Origin: a virus
Lineage: Duplodnaviria > Caudoviricetes
IMG/VR virus record: IMGVR_UViG_3300040985_001531
Location: 1-35,375 of that record
Reading direction: 5' to 3' (one strand)
DNA length: 35,375 nucleotides
Below are positions 25,981-35,353 of this stretch, in pieces. The translations under genes were made by a program, and so were the position numbers. The notes beneath the pieces were generated by a model, which made no database searches, was not told the origin of the DNA, and saw only the letters and a program-made list of their open reading frames with translations. Each line of letters starts with the position of its first letter. Within the stretch, counting starts at the first letter, position 1.

Positions 25981-28900
25981 TATGATACTCCTGTGAATGA
26001 AATTGAACCAGATGATCCTTCGTAATCCCAATGTCTATCACCACTACCACCTTGAGGGGCTATAAATACAAAATCATTTGCAGATGTCACAGCCCAAGCT
26101 CCATAGTGTTGTCGGATGGTGAAATTGGTGGGTTGAAATATAACAGTATTACTGTCTTCGTGCCAGATACCACCTTGTCGAGCGTTAGCTTTCGCTAGGT
26201 CTGCAGTGTGGGTGGTCTGAGTAGACGTTAATGTCGATATATCGGAATCGTTAGATGTAATCTGTGTCTGTAAACTCGTTGTCGTGGTAGATGAGGCATA
26301 CGCCCCCTCCACGATTGTGAGTCTGGACTGCAGATCATCTATGTCGCTATCCTGAGTAGTGTCATTACTCTCAAGGGTAGTTACTCGACTTCCGTGCGAA
26401 GTGAGGGTGCTTCCCTGTGAGGTGTTTGTAGCCTCTACTGCGTCCATCTCTGATTGAAGAGTAGAGATGTTGGACTCTGCGGAGGATACATCACTCTCAA
26501 TAGAAGCTATTGATGTTGTATGTGATGTTAAGGTGGAGGTATGCCCACTGACAGTTGACTCCGCTGATGTGAGACGCACATCTAAAGCACTAATGGCCGT
26601 CGCTCTTGCAGCAATAGCTGTGTCTAAGGCATCATCAGCATCCACCAAACTTGTAGCCAGTGTGATGTAGTTTGCCGTGCTATTGGCCGAATAAGCACCA
26701 GCACCAGATAAGCCTGCACCACTTTGGGTAGCATCAAGCTCTGCTTGGAGAGCTGTAATGTCAGAGTCATTACTGGAGATGTTACTCACATTAGTGGAAA
26801 TGCTACTTGCGTTCGTGCTGATGTCGCCGTCATTACCTGTGATCTGACTCTGTAGACTCGTGAGCGTAGAAGAGTGTGAGCTTTGAGTAGATGTGAGGCC
26901 TGAGATATCACTATCGTTGCCTTGAATAGCAGAGAGGTTAGAAGCTACGTCAACCTCTAGGTCATCAATATCAGACTCAGCAGCAGTCATCCTGGTACCT
27001 AGGCCAGAGATGTCCGTATCGTTAGAGGTGATGTTACTTTCTGCGGAACCCATACGTGTCAACAGGCCTGCGATATCAGAATCATTAGAAGCGATGGCTG
27101 CTAAGTTTGAGGCTATATCCGAATCATTGCTTTGAATAGCGGAGAGGTTAGAAGCTACGTCAACCTCTAGGTCATCAATATCAGACTCAGCCGCAGTCAT
27201 CCTGGTACCTAAACCAGAGATGTCCGTATCATTAGAAGTGATGTTACTTTCTGCAGAACCCATGCGTGTTGTAAGGCCAGCTATATCAGAATCATTAGAA
27301 GTGATGGCTGTGGCGTTAGTAGTGATGCTACCCTGAGCTGTCAACAGGTTGGCCGACATAGTGCCTGTAAAGGACTCTTCACCCACATAATCCACAATAC
27401 CTTCAACGGCTGCTACGATGGTTGTATCCGCAGCGATGATAGGTTTACCTGTAAATGTCGCCAAGTTACCCGTGTTACTTAGGCCAATGCTGGCCTCATG
27501 GGTATCAACGAGGGCCTGAAGGCCTGTAATATCACTATCGTTACTGCTGATACCACTAGTATTAGTCGATACGTCGCTCTGAAGTGAGCCTATGTCTGAA
27601 TCGTTGGATGTAATCTGTGAAGACAAGCTACTTATTGAGGAGGTATGTCCTGAAACAGTGGATTCAGCAGCAGTGAGCCTAGTGTCAACACCGTCAATGG
27701 CGGTGTCGAGCTTCTCATCAGCATTCTTTAGAGAAGAGGCAGTTTGGAGATAATTAGTGAGACTGTTAGCGGTATAGGCCCCAGCTGTGGATAAGCCTGA
27801 AGCCGCTTGGGTCGCTGTCATCTCAGTCTGTAGGCTCCCAATAGAAGACAAGTTGGTCGCTATATCGGCGACGTTGGTCGCTATATCGGCGGCGTTGGTG
27901 CCGTGTGGTGATGTGTCTATCGCTGCGATAGCGGTAGTGTTGGCCAAAACTTGTGTATCAAGAGCGTCAACCTCCCCACGAACATCAGAGGCTCCAGAAG
28001 TATAGGTGCCTGAAGATGCGACGAAGCTCCCGTCACTAGCAATACCCACAGACGCAGCTATTGTAGTCGCTAAGGTTAGCGAGGCTTTGCCTGAGACACT
28101 ACTTTGCAAGGTGCTGATATCGTTATCATTACCCGCTACATCTGTCTGAAGCTGGGTTATGTCTGACTCTGCATCACCTATACGTGTTGTGAGTCCTGTT
28201 ATATCACTATCATTACCCGCTACATCTGTCTGAAGGGCCGTTATATTGCCTTCGGCTGTTGATAACGAGCTTTGTGTAGTCGATAACGAGCTTTGTGTGC
28301 TGGTGATAGCGACAGTGTTAGTCCCGATCTGAGTATCTAATTTATCATCCGCATCATGAAGAGATGAAGCAGTCGATATATAATTAGATAGAGCATGGGC
28401 AGAATAATTTCCTAATGTGCTGAGGCCTGCACCACTTTGGGTAGCATCCACCTCTGCTTGGAGAGCTGTAATAGCACTAGCATTAGAATTACCTGAAGAG
28501 GATAGTGAGCTAACCTGTCCGTTAATCGTCCCTATATCATCAGCATTAGTCTTTATCTTGGCATCTAATAATGTAGTCTCATCCACTATCTTTGTGGCAG
28601 AGTCCATATAGTTGGTGCCTGATCGTGTGACATACGCACCTACGGAGGATAGCCCTATCGCAGTCTCATGCGTATCTCCAAGAGATGATAAGGTCGATAA
28701 GTCAGCGTCGTTAGAGGCGATGCTGTCTGCATTAGTCTTGATCTGGGCGTCTAGTTTATTGTCTGCATCTTTTAAGGAGGATGCACTAGCTACATAATTA
28801 GCGGAGGTATTAGCGGTATATGTACCATCAGCGTCGAGGCCTGCACCTGTTTGGGTATCATCAAGCTCGCTCGATACAGAGGAGTGAGATGTTGACTCTA

Positions 28901-29441
28901 AGACGGCTACACGGGAGGTGACGCTAGTGATGCCACTAACATTAGTAGTCACGTTATCAGCGTTAGTCTTAACTTGGGTGTCTAAGGCTGTGATTTCACC
29001 TACGATGGATGTCGCAGAGTTGAGATAGTTAGTCCCACTCCTAGAAAGGTACGTGCCATCAGAGGCTAAACCTACTCCTGCTTGAGTAGCGTCTAACTCT
29101 ACGCCTCCGCCAACACCTTCTTCGAGGGTATCAATATCACTCTCAGCAGCCGTTAGCCTCGTATTGAGAGCAGCGATATCTGTGTCATTAGCAGTCACGT
29201 TTGTCTCTAAAGAGCTTACACGGGTGTAAAAGGTATCGTCGCCAGCAATAGCCGCAGCTAATTCCTGTAGAGTATCTAGGGTTGAGGGGGCAGAACCTAT
29301 GAGTGCAGCAATATACGCCTCAACACCAACAGGTGTGATAGCTATATCGTTTTCATTTCCTGCGAGTGTTTCAGAGACTGTCGCTAAACGAACAAGTCCT
29401 TCTTTTGTTGCGGAGGCTCCTGAGCCTGATAAAATAGCCAT
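25980..29441 (-). CDS. Long coiled-coil fibre protein with P2 gpH-like N-terminal motifs
   Basis: EGLVRLAT...AITP and LIGSAPSTLDTLQELAAAI are tail-fibre motifs. They are followed by heptad SNDSDI repeats interrupted by TQxGAGLxxxGxY...NY knobs. Confidence 0.75.
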   Translation of the reverse strand: MAILSGSGASATKEGLVRLATVSETLAGNENDIAITPVGVEAYIAALIGSAPSTLDTLQELAAAIAGDDTFYTRVSSLETNVTANDTDIAALNTRLTAAESDIDTLEEGVGGGVELDATQAGVGLASDGTYLSRSGTNYLNSATSIVGEITALDTQVKTNADNVTTNVSGITSVTSRVAVLESTSHSSVSSELDDTQTGAGLDADGTYTANTSANYVASASSLKDADNKLDAQIKTNADSIASNDADLSTLSSLGDTHETAIGLSSVGAYVTRSGTNYMDSATKIVDETTLLDAKIKTNADDIGTINGQVSSLSSSGNSNASAITALQAEVDATQSGAGLSTLGNYSAHALSNYISTASSLHDADDKLDTQIGTNTVAITSTQSSLSTTQSSLSTAEGNITALQTDVAGNDSDITGLTTRIGDAESDITQLQTDVAGNDNDISTLQSSVSGKASLTLATTIAASVGIASDGSFVASSGTYTSGASDVRGEVDALDTQVLANTTAIAAIDTSPHGTNAADIATNVADIATNLSSIGSLQTEMTATQAASGLSTAGAYTANSLTNYLQTASSLKNADEKLDTAIDGVDTRLTAAESTVSGHTSSISSLSSQITSNDSDIGSLQSDVSTNTSGISSNDSDITGLQALVDTHEASIGLSNTGNLATFTGKPIIAADTTIVAAVEGIVDYVGEESFTGTMSANLLTAQGSITTNATAITSNDSDIAGLTTRMGSAESNITSNDTDISGLGTRMTAAESDIDDLEVDVASNLSAIQSNDSDIASNLAAIASNDSDIAGLLTRMGSAESNITSNDTDISGLGTRMTAAESDIDDLEVDVASNLSAIQGNDSDISGLTSTQSSHSSTLTSLQSQITGNDGDISTNASSISTNVSNISSNDSDITALQAELDATQSGAGLSGAGAYSANSTANYITLATSLVDADDALDTAIAARATAISALDVRLTSAESTVSGHTSTLTSHTTSIASIESDVSSAESNISTLQSEMDAVEATNTSQGSTLTSHGSRVTTLESNDTTQDSDIDDLQSRLTIVEGAYASSTTTTSLQTQITSNDSDISTLTSTQTTHTADLAKANARQGGIWHEDSNTVIFQPTNFTIRQHYGAWAVTSANDFVFIAPQGGSGDRHWDYEGSSGSISFTGVS
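26922..27299. repeat. Internal near-perfect duplication with a 210-bp period
   Basis: gaagctacgtcaacctctaggtcatcaatatcagactcag starts at both 26941 and 27151. Confidence 0.9.
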
Positions 29442-29451
29442 TTAACGCTCC

Positions 29452-29778
29452 TTATAGACCACGAGGCCAAAATGTAGCATGAACAGTAGGGTCAGCCCCA
29501 ACACCCAAATTAACAAAGGATACTGATACATCTTGATATAGTATATCCACGCCTTGTGAAGATACGACGGCATCAGTTTCGGCACTACCTGCTTGGAACT
29601 CAATGGTATGACCACAATCCACAGGCATGTAAGATACGTTATATGTGCCTCCACCCAATCCCTCAACGCAGATTTGAAAATTGCGATGGGTGTCTGCTGG
29701 ATTGAATCCGAGATTAGCTTTATTGAGATGTACGGTAGCACCGCCTGATTGAACAGTTATAGATTTACGATTAGCCAT
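29452..29778 (-). CDS. Small beta-rich hypothetical protein, possibly fibre-associated
   Basis: 108 aa with an AGGAG RBS; first gene after the gap, ahead of the two fibre genes. Confidence 0.6.
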   Translation of the reverse strand: MANRKSITVQSGGATVHLNKANLGFNPADTHRNFQICVEGLGGGTYNVSYMPVDCGHTIEFQAGSAETDAVVSSQGVDILYQDVSVSFVNLGVGADPTVHATFWPRGL

Positions 29779-29853
29779 GATGAAGGCTCCTATATATATA
29801 TCAACTAAGTGTTAGGTTACTGTATGGTACCATGATAGTTCTTGCACTTCATC

Positions 29854-31536
29854 TTAATGTTCTTTGTACCAATCAAAGTTAGACCATAAACCTGTGAGGT
29901 GTTTTGCTTCCGCCTGATTATTGTAGCTCGTGTAGGTATCGTGACCATCCCCTACTATATTACCAAAAGTATCGAGTTCAAAGTCATCACCGAACGATAC
30001 AGCATACTGGAAACTTGCGTCACGCATGGCAGTCTCAGCTATCCATAGACTCATAGCCGTGTCATCGTGCTTTTCTTTACCCAGCCCGTAAAGCTCCTGG
30101 CAAAGTATGTCTACAGCATCCTTAGTCTCTTGATCCCTATACGGCAGAACAATCTTACCATTCTCAAATAGAGCGGCTAAAGCAGGAACACCTGTCCAGG
30201 GTGATGACTTAGCTCCAGCGGTAGTGAGGTGCTGCTTCAAAGGTAGATCAGTCTTCTTCTGTAGCTCTAGTAAGTGCAATTGCCCAAAGGCGTTCTTCTC
30301 TATCATAACACAGGTTACAAATTGTTTAAAGCGTTCATATTCCTCGACTATTTTACGTTGAAGTACGTTTGGGGATACGCCTCTAAATCTACATATAGAT
30401 AATAAATAGCGGGTTCCATCCTGATCTTTACCCCAGGTGGTGCCTACCGTAAAGTCACCATCTTGATCCTCCGCTTTCTTAGCGTCTGTGATTAAGGCTA
30501 AATCCCACCCCTGCACCACCTGTAGCTGTTCCACAGGAGGTATCTCACCAAAACCGAGATGACTACCTTGCTCTTTAGCTCTATCTAGCCATTCCCACTT
30601 AAACGCAGCAGCATCATCAGATTGCACCTGGTTCATAAACTCCCGAGCGAAGAGTAGGCCTCCTACAGCCTGTTTCTCTTTGAGTAAATACTCGATAGGA
30701 CGCTCTTGGGGCCACAGAACCTGGGATGGACCTTTGACGATCACATTCTTTATAATGTCTCTACCATCCCTATCCAGGCCCATGTCGAAGGTATAGCTCT
30801 CGGGCATCTGTATGACGGCGGGGTCATTGTATAGCTCAAAAGTAGGATCTTTTATCATATGTGAATAAACATCATCAAAATGTTTACGGGTGCCGACCAC
30901 CAGCATAAACCCATTACGGTTGAGCATAGGTTGAACGGTGCCTTTTAACCAATCACGAGTCTTCTCACGCACAGATGAAGAATACACTGTTCTGTCGTCT
31001 TCGAGGTCGTCCATGATGATACAATCGACATGCCCACCTGTGATGGAGCCTCCACAACCAGTAGCTTCTACCGACGGGTCTACACTCTCATCAGGTCGAA
31101 CAATATAGATCTGTGTAGATACCCACTTAGTTTCCGCATCCTTAAATGGAGGTAAATCATCACTCGCCCAATCATCTATGATTCTCTGATCAGAGAGGTA
31201 TTTCTTAACCATCCTCACACGTTTTTCAGCTTGTCCTGAAGACGCACTGATCCATAGTATTTTAGCGTTTCTGTCTATACATAGCCTTCTTACAGTGTAG
31301 GCTATACTCAAGAAAGATTTACCATGATCACGAGGAGCGAGTAATAACATCTTCTTCTTATCGTTCTGATCTTGAGCTGCTTTCGTGAGTCGCTCACATT
31401 CTGCGAGCCAGTCATCTTGGTGCTTAGCGTAATCATACCCTAAATAATACGTAGCAAAGAAGCTAGGGCTATGAATAGATAATAGTCGCCTGCCTTTCTT
31501 TGTACTAATCAGCTGCTGTATATCGCCCTTATCCAT
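29854..31536 (-). CDS. terL: Terminase large subunit
   Basis: Walker A APRDHGKS, Walker B CIIMDDLED, VVGTRKH coupling motif, and nuclease motifs GWDLA, GDFT and HDDTAMS. Confidence 0.93.
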   Translation of the reverse strand: MDKGDIQQLISTKKGRRLLSIHSPSFFATYYLGYDYAKHQDDWLAECERLTKAAQDQNDKKKMLLLAPRDHGKSFLSIAYTVRRLCIDRNAKILWISASSGQAEKRVRMVKKYLSDQRIIDDWASDDLPPFKDAETKWVSTQIYIVRPDESVDPSVEATGCGGSITGGHVDCIIMDDLEDDRTVYSSSVREKTRDWLKGTVQPMLNRNGFMLVVGTRKHFDDVYSHMIKDPTFELYNDPAVIQMPESYTFDMGLDRDGRDIIKNVIVKGPSQVLWPQERPIEYLLKEKQAVGGLLFAREFMNQVQSDDAAAFKWEWLDRAKEQGSHLGFGEIPPVEQLQVVQGWDLALITDAKKAEDQDGDFTVGTTWGKDQDGTRYLLSICRFRGVSPNVLQRKIVEEYERFKQFVTCVMIEKNAFGQLHLLELQKKTDLPLKQHLTTAGAKSSPWTGVPALAALFENGKIVLPYRDQETKDAVDILCQELYGLGKEKHDDTAMSLWIAETAMRDASFQYAVSFGDDFELDTFGNIVGDGHDTYTSYNNQAEAKHLTGLWSNFDWYKEH

Positions 31537-32221
31537 CTTCCGACTCCTTCCTATGGTGCGTTAATTGTTGAGATAGCATATCACCAATAGCACTGAATTG
31601 ATCTACACTTATGGATAGGCTATTAATCATTTCAGCCTCCATCTCGCCTGCTGATTTATGAGCTGCTGCTGTTGATTCTACATTAACATTGATCCGCTCT
31701 GCACCTATCAGACCCGATTGTCGCTTGCCACAATCAATAACCATCTTGAGATAGGCGAGTCGCATGGTTTCATTATCCGTAAGTTGATATTGTCGCCAGC
31801 ACTCTTCCTTAACACGTTCGGCCTCTAAATATATCTGCTCCCGTCTGGAGTTAACTTGGCCCATCGTTAATGAGTTAGCCCACCTATCCCGTACTTCTCT
31901 TACAAAACGATCAGCTCTAGCATAGGTGATACCACAGACATCACTGAGCTTGGTTACTGAGGCGATACCCCGTTGCATGAGTGTCTCCACCACTACGAGC
32001 CATCTTTCATGATCAATAGGCTCCAAGACGCCTTTCTTCTTGTTAGGTACATCGAGGTCCCTTAATATAGGATCCCTTGTCATAACTTCCAGATCTCTAC
32101 CGCTAGTGATAACTTCACTGTCATGTACTTCGATACGCATATTCTCTTGACCAGGCGGTGTGGGTATAAACACCTGGTCACCGAGTAGATCCTCATTTAA
32201 TTTTTTATTGGTCTTGCCCAT
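31529..32221 (-). CDS. Putative terminase small subunit
   Basis: Overlaps the TerL start by 8 bp. An HTH-like segment SVTKLSDVCGITYARADRFV is followed by helices ending in RQSGLIGA. Confidence 0.55.
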   Translation of the reverse strand: MGKTNKKLNEDLLGDQVFIPTPPGQENMRIEVHDSEVITSGRDLEVMTRDPILRDLDVPNKKKGVLEPIDHERWLVVVETLMQRGIASVTKLSDVCGITYARADRFVREVRDRWANSLTMGQVNSRREQIYLEAERVKEECWRQYQLTDNETMRLAYLKMVIDCGKRQSGLIGAERINVNVESTAAAHKSAGEMEAEMINSLSISVDQFSAIGDMLSQQLTHHRKESEDG

Positions 32222-33924
32222 TACAGCCTCCTAGAGAGTTTGTCTGCGTATATTATACGCTGTGGTTGACCTGTTGTCTCAGATACTACTTTAGCCTGCC
32301 TATAAGCATTTCCGAAACTACTGCCAAAGATAGAATGATTGAACACATAAACTAAAACTTCATCGGCGAGTTGACCATTACGGTGTGTCCTGGCCACCAT
32401 CTGCTCCCAAGTGGAAGGATCCGCTATCGCACTACATACTAGGTTTACACTCCAGGCTTGCAGATTCTTACCTGTGCCGTGCGATCTAATAGACATGATG
32501 CAGGGTTCCGCATCAGTAGGGAGTGCTGAGCCTGCTCCGTAATATGGGATGTTCAAATAGTCACGTAGCCTGTTTCCAAGCTCAACGCTATCGACCCATA
32601 TAATATAAGGTATCGTTTGTTCTGATACCCAGTTAGCTACATACTCAATTAAATAATCGGATACCCATACGGTTTCTCTTGGTGGCACCGCTCTGTGTTT
32701 AACAGCCTGCCAACGTAAATGGTTTTTACTAAAAGCGTCTACAATATCTTGAGGTAGTTTATGAAAGTCTGTCTCAATTATATGTGGCGAATCAAACTCT
32801 TCAATATCCATCTCACGTATGATCCGTACCGTCCTTCGCCACTCTTTGCGAGCGAGTAGCCACTCATCATCAGGTTCATTATTAGGCCAATCCCAATAAT
32901 ATAAACAGCCTGATAACATCTGACCTAAAGCCCTAAGAGCAAACTGATCTGTATCGTCCCATAGATGTTGACTTGCATTTATAGCGTTTACATCGAAATC
33001 GAGATCCATACCCTTAAGTACATCCGACATAACACCCGACTCGAAGCATTTATTTATAGCTTTTTGTAATTCGTCAGGCACCTCACCTATGAGTTTTATT
33101 AAACGTAAAGAGGCTGGTACTGCCTCGTCCGTAGTAAGAACCACCCCTTTTGCGGAGTTTAGGCGATTATACACCGCAGATCTTGCGGAGTTTCCCCAGG
33201 TCATCATAGGCTCGAACTGTTGATATTGATATCCATTCGCCTCGCCTTTAAGGACAAGATCAAATAATTCAGTATCCCGATGGTTACTAGGTACAGGTGA
33301 ATCCTCTTCTAACGCCCAGTCAGATAAATGTGCGAAATCGGCTACACTTTTATTAAATAAAGTTCCACTCATGACCACAAACTTGCAGTCGGGGTTATCC
33401 ACTAGATACTTACCTAGACGCCCAGTGCGTGTGCTGTCGATGGATTTTAGATGGTGAGCCTCATCGGCGATGATTAAATCAGGGCGTTTGGTGGCGAGAT
33501 AAGATTGTGCTGATCTTCGTGACAATCGCTCATATGATAAAATCATAGGCATCTCGATATTGAAGTTAGCGGCATAGCTATCAAACTCTACCTTAGTTTT
33601 ATCCACAAGGGCTGCGGGTAGTAATAGGAGCGTCTTTTTAGACTGCATCGCCACTGGTAATAAGAAACTTATGAGTGTTTTACCTACGCCACAACCTAGC
33701 AGCAGCACCCCGCCTTCAGCGTCAACGCATGTTTGAATAGCTTTGTTCTGTAACGGGCGTAAAACCATCACGCCGTCTTTAGTTTTGAATCTGGGCGTGA
33801 GGTCAACCTCTTTATAGTCATACGTATGCAGGCTGGCGATACGCACAGCCTCTGAAACTTCTTCAGGACTCACTACCTCTTCGGGATCTTGTTCAGCGAA
33901 GAGGTGCTTTAATTGTTCATTCAT
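32221..33924 (-). CDS. SF2 (SNF2-like) helicase/ATPase
   Basis: LRPLQ Q-motif, GCGVGKT, IIADEAHHLK, MSGT, GTGKNLQ and EQMVARTHRNGQ. Confidence 0.88.
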   Translation of the reverse strand: MNEQLKHLFAEQDPEEVVSPEEVSEAVRIASLHTYDYKEVDLTPRFKTKDGVMVLRPLQNKAIQTCVDAEGGVLLLGCGVGKTLISFLLPVAMQSKKTLLLLPAALVDKTKVEFDSYAANFNIEMPMILSYERLSRRSAQSYLATKRPDLIIADEAHHLKSIDSTRTGRLGKYLVDNPDCKFVVMSGTLFNKSVADFAHLSDWALEEDSPVPSNHRDTELFDLVLKGEANGYQYQQFEPMMTWGNSARSAVYNRLNSAKGVVLTTDEAVPASLRLIKLIGEVPDELQKAINKCFESGVMSDVLKGMDLDFDVNAINASQHLWDDTDQFALRALGQMLSGCLYYWDWPNNEPDDEWLLARKEWRRTVRIIREMDIEEFDSPHIIETDFHKLPQDIVDAFSKNHLRWQAVKHRAVPPRETVWVSDYLIEYVANWVSEQTIPYIIWVDSVELGNRLRDYLNIPYYGAGSALPTDAEPCIMSIRSHGTGKNLQAWSVNLVCSAIADPSTWEQMVARTHRNGQLADEVLVYVFNHSIFGSSFGNAYRQAKVVSETTGQPQRIIYADKLSRRL

Positions 33925-33927
33925 TTA

Positions 33928-33968
33928 CTGTGCCTTCCATAGTTTATATGAATAGGCACAGCATAGCA
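33928..33968 (-). promoter_or_regulatory. RBS-sequestering hairpin overlapped by an extended -10 element
   Basis: CTGTGCCT-A-TTCATA-TAAAC-TATGGA-AGGCACAG ends 3 nt before the helicase ATG; TGCTATGCT lies at 33968-33960. Confidence 0.55.
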
Positions 33969-33985
33969 TAGTCACAGTAGTTAGT

Positions 33986-35104
33986 CTATCCCGAGATTAC
34001 CACCTGATCAGCCAGGCCGATGAGGGTGTCGCTTAAACGCTGAGAAATTTGAGCAAAAGTAGGGACATAATATGCATTATTAGGTAATCCTGTCGCCTGG
34101 AGTTTGGCGGCGAGTAGATCCCAGCCTTGTGCGTAAGGGATGAGTCCGATATGGGCGACGTTCTTCTCTATACACACTTCTCGCATCAGCGGAGCTAAGT
34201 GGTCGATAAGGCTCATAGTATCTCCGTACAACGGCTTACATCCGAAGTAGATGGTGACGGTAGTATCTTCAACAGTATCTTCAACAGCCTCTTCGGTAGT
34301 CTCTTCGGTAGTCTCTTCAACAACCTCTTCGGTAGTCTCTCGTAAAAAATCCAGGACAGCTTCTTGTCTATTACTCATGGGTAATGTCTCCGTTCTTCTG
34401 ATTGTGTGCCAGCACTCATTATAGTGAGGGCATTGCTTGCCGTAAGAATAACAGTCGGCTTTATTCTTATGTAGGTGATCGAGATTGTTCTGAGAGGCGT
34501 CGACCATCTCATTAACAGTGACTAGGATTTTATCAAACTCATCAAAGACATGTTTACGGCTAACAACAGCCGACACCTTCTTAGAGCCATGAGGAGGCCT
34601 AGTTAAATAGTATACGTGTGTAACCTCCGCCTCATCTTGATCAGGATGGTGTTCAAGTACATGTCGAGCGTATATAATGAGCTGCATGTTAGTGGTCAGC
34701 TCATCTTCAGTCTTCGCCCACTTCCACGCAGATGTTGTCTTATGATCCAGGACATGAACGCCATCGGTCACATCAAGTACATCTATAAAGCCTTTGAATG
34801 GTACAGGGAGATTAGGTAGTGGATACTCCTCCAGGCTAATCTCCACATGTGTATCAGATGTCGTCGCAGGGAGCAGCTCTATGCCTTGAGAGGCGATAAG
34901 CCCTTCGGTGGTGGTCACATCAGGCTTTTTACCTGTCAGTAGGAACTTCTCAAGTTGCTCATGCACTTTAGAGCCTCTTGTCATCGCATCGGTTGTCTTA
35001 CCTTTGAAACCTAAGAGGTAACGGTGGTACCACCTAGTGGGGCAACGGTCAAAGAGTGTTATTGATGAGGCTGACACATGGGTAAGTTTATCACGCTTCG
35101 ACAT
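33986..35104 (-). CDS. PD-(D/E)XK nuclease, Cas4/AddB-like, with probable Fe-S Cys ligands
   Basis: SASSITLFDRCPTRW, GSKVHEQLE, GFIDVL...VLDHKT, QLIIYA and a C-terminal C-x6-C-x5-C, then an acidic repeat linker and an extra domain. Confidence 0.85.
   Translation of the reverse strand: MSKRDKLTHVSASSITLFDRCPTRWYHRYLLGFKGKTTDAMTRGSKVHEQLEKFLLTGKKPDVTTTEGLIASQGIELLPATTSDTHVEISLEEYPLPNLPVPFKGFIDVLDVTDGVHVLDHKTTSAWKWAKTEDELTTNMQLIIYARHVLEHHPDQDEAEVTHVYYLTRPPHGSKKVSAVVSRKHVFDEFDKILVTVNEMVDASQNNLDHLHKNKADCYSYGKQCPHYNECWHTIRRTETLPMSNRQEAVLDFLRETTEEVVEETTEETTEEAVEDTVEDTTVTIYFGCKPLYGDTMSLIDHLAPLMREVCIEKNVAHIGLIPYAQGWDLLAAKLQATGLPNNAYYVPTFAQISQRLSDTLIGLADQVVISG
34260..34340. repeat. Degenerate 12-bp coding repeats (EETT/VEDT linker)
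   Basis: agtatcttcaac x2 and several ctcttcggtagt units. Confidence 0.75.
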
Positions 35105-35330
35105 GATGTAGCCTCACTTTCATGGCCGCCATCTTGTCATGAAGTTCTTGCTCCGTACAACGCAAAATCTCCGCAGCAGCGGCGACAGATAGGCCGCAAC
35201 CGTCCATAGCCTTGAAGGCATGCTTCATGCCTGTATGTTCAAGGTCGTGATACACCTCAGGTGTCTCTCGTAAAAGCTCTTTGATGATCTGTAAAGACAG
35301 AACTAGAGCGTGTAATTGTATTTCATTCAT
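35091..35330 (-). CDS. Small hypothetical protein with an HTH-like segment
   Basis: 79 aa overlapping the nuclease start; LSVAAAAEILRCTEQEL is HTH-like. Confidence 0.5.
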   Translation of the reverse strand: MNEIQLHALVLSLQIIKELLRETPEVYHDLEHTGMKHAFKAMDGCGLSVAAAAEILRCTEQELHDKMAAMKVRLHHVEA

Positions 35331-35353
35331 CTTGCGGCTCGTTTATTAAGGGG

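Noticed and set aside
21707-28797. Many plus-strand ORFs opposite the fibre genes
   Set aside because: Antisense shadows of Ala/Thr/Ser/Gly-rich repeats; they mirror the repeats and show no recognisable motifs.
29442-29741. Alternative-frame 99-aa ORF
   Set aside because: It overlaps 29452-29778, which has an ATG with an AGGAG RBS.
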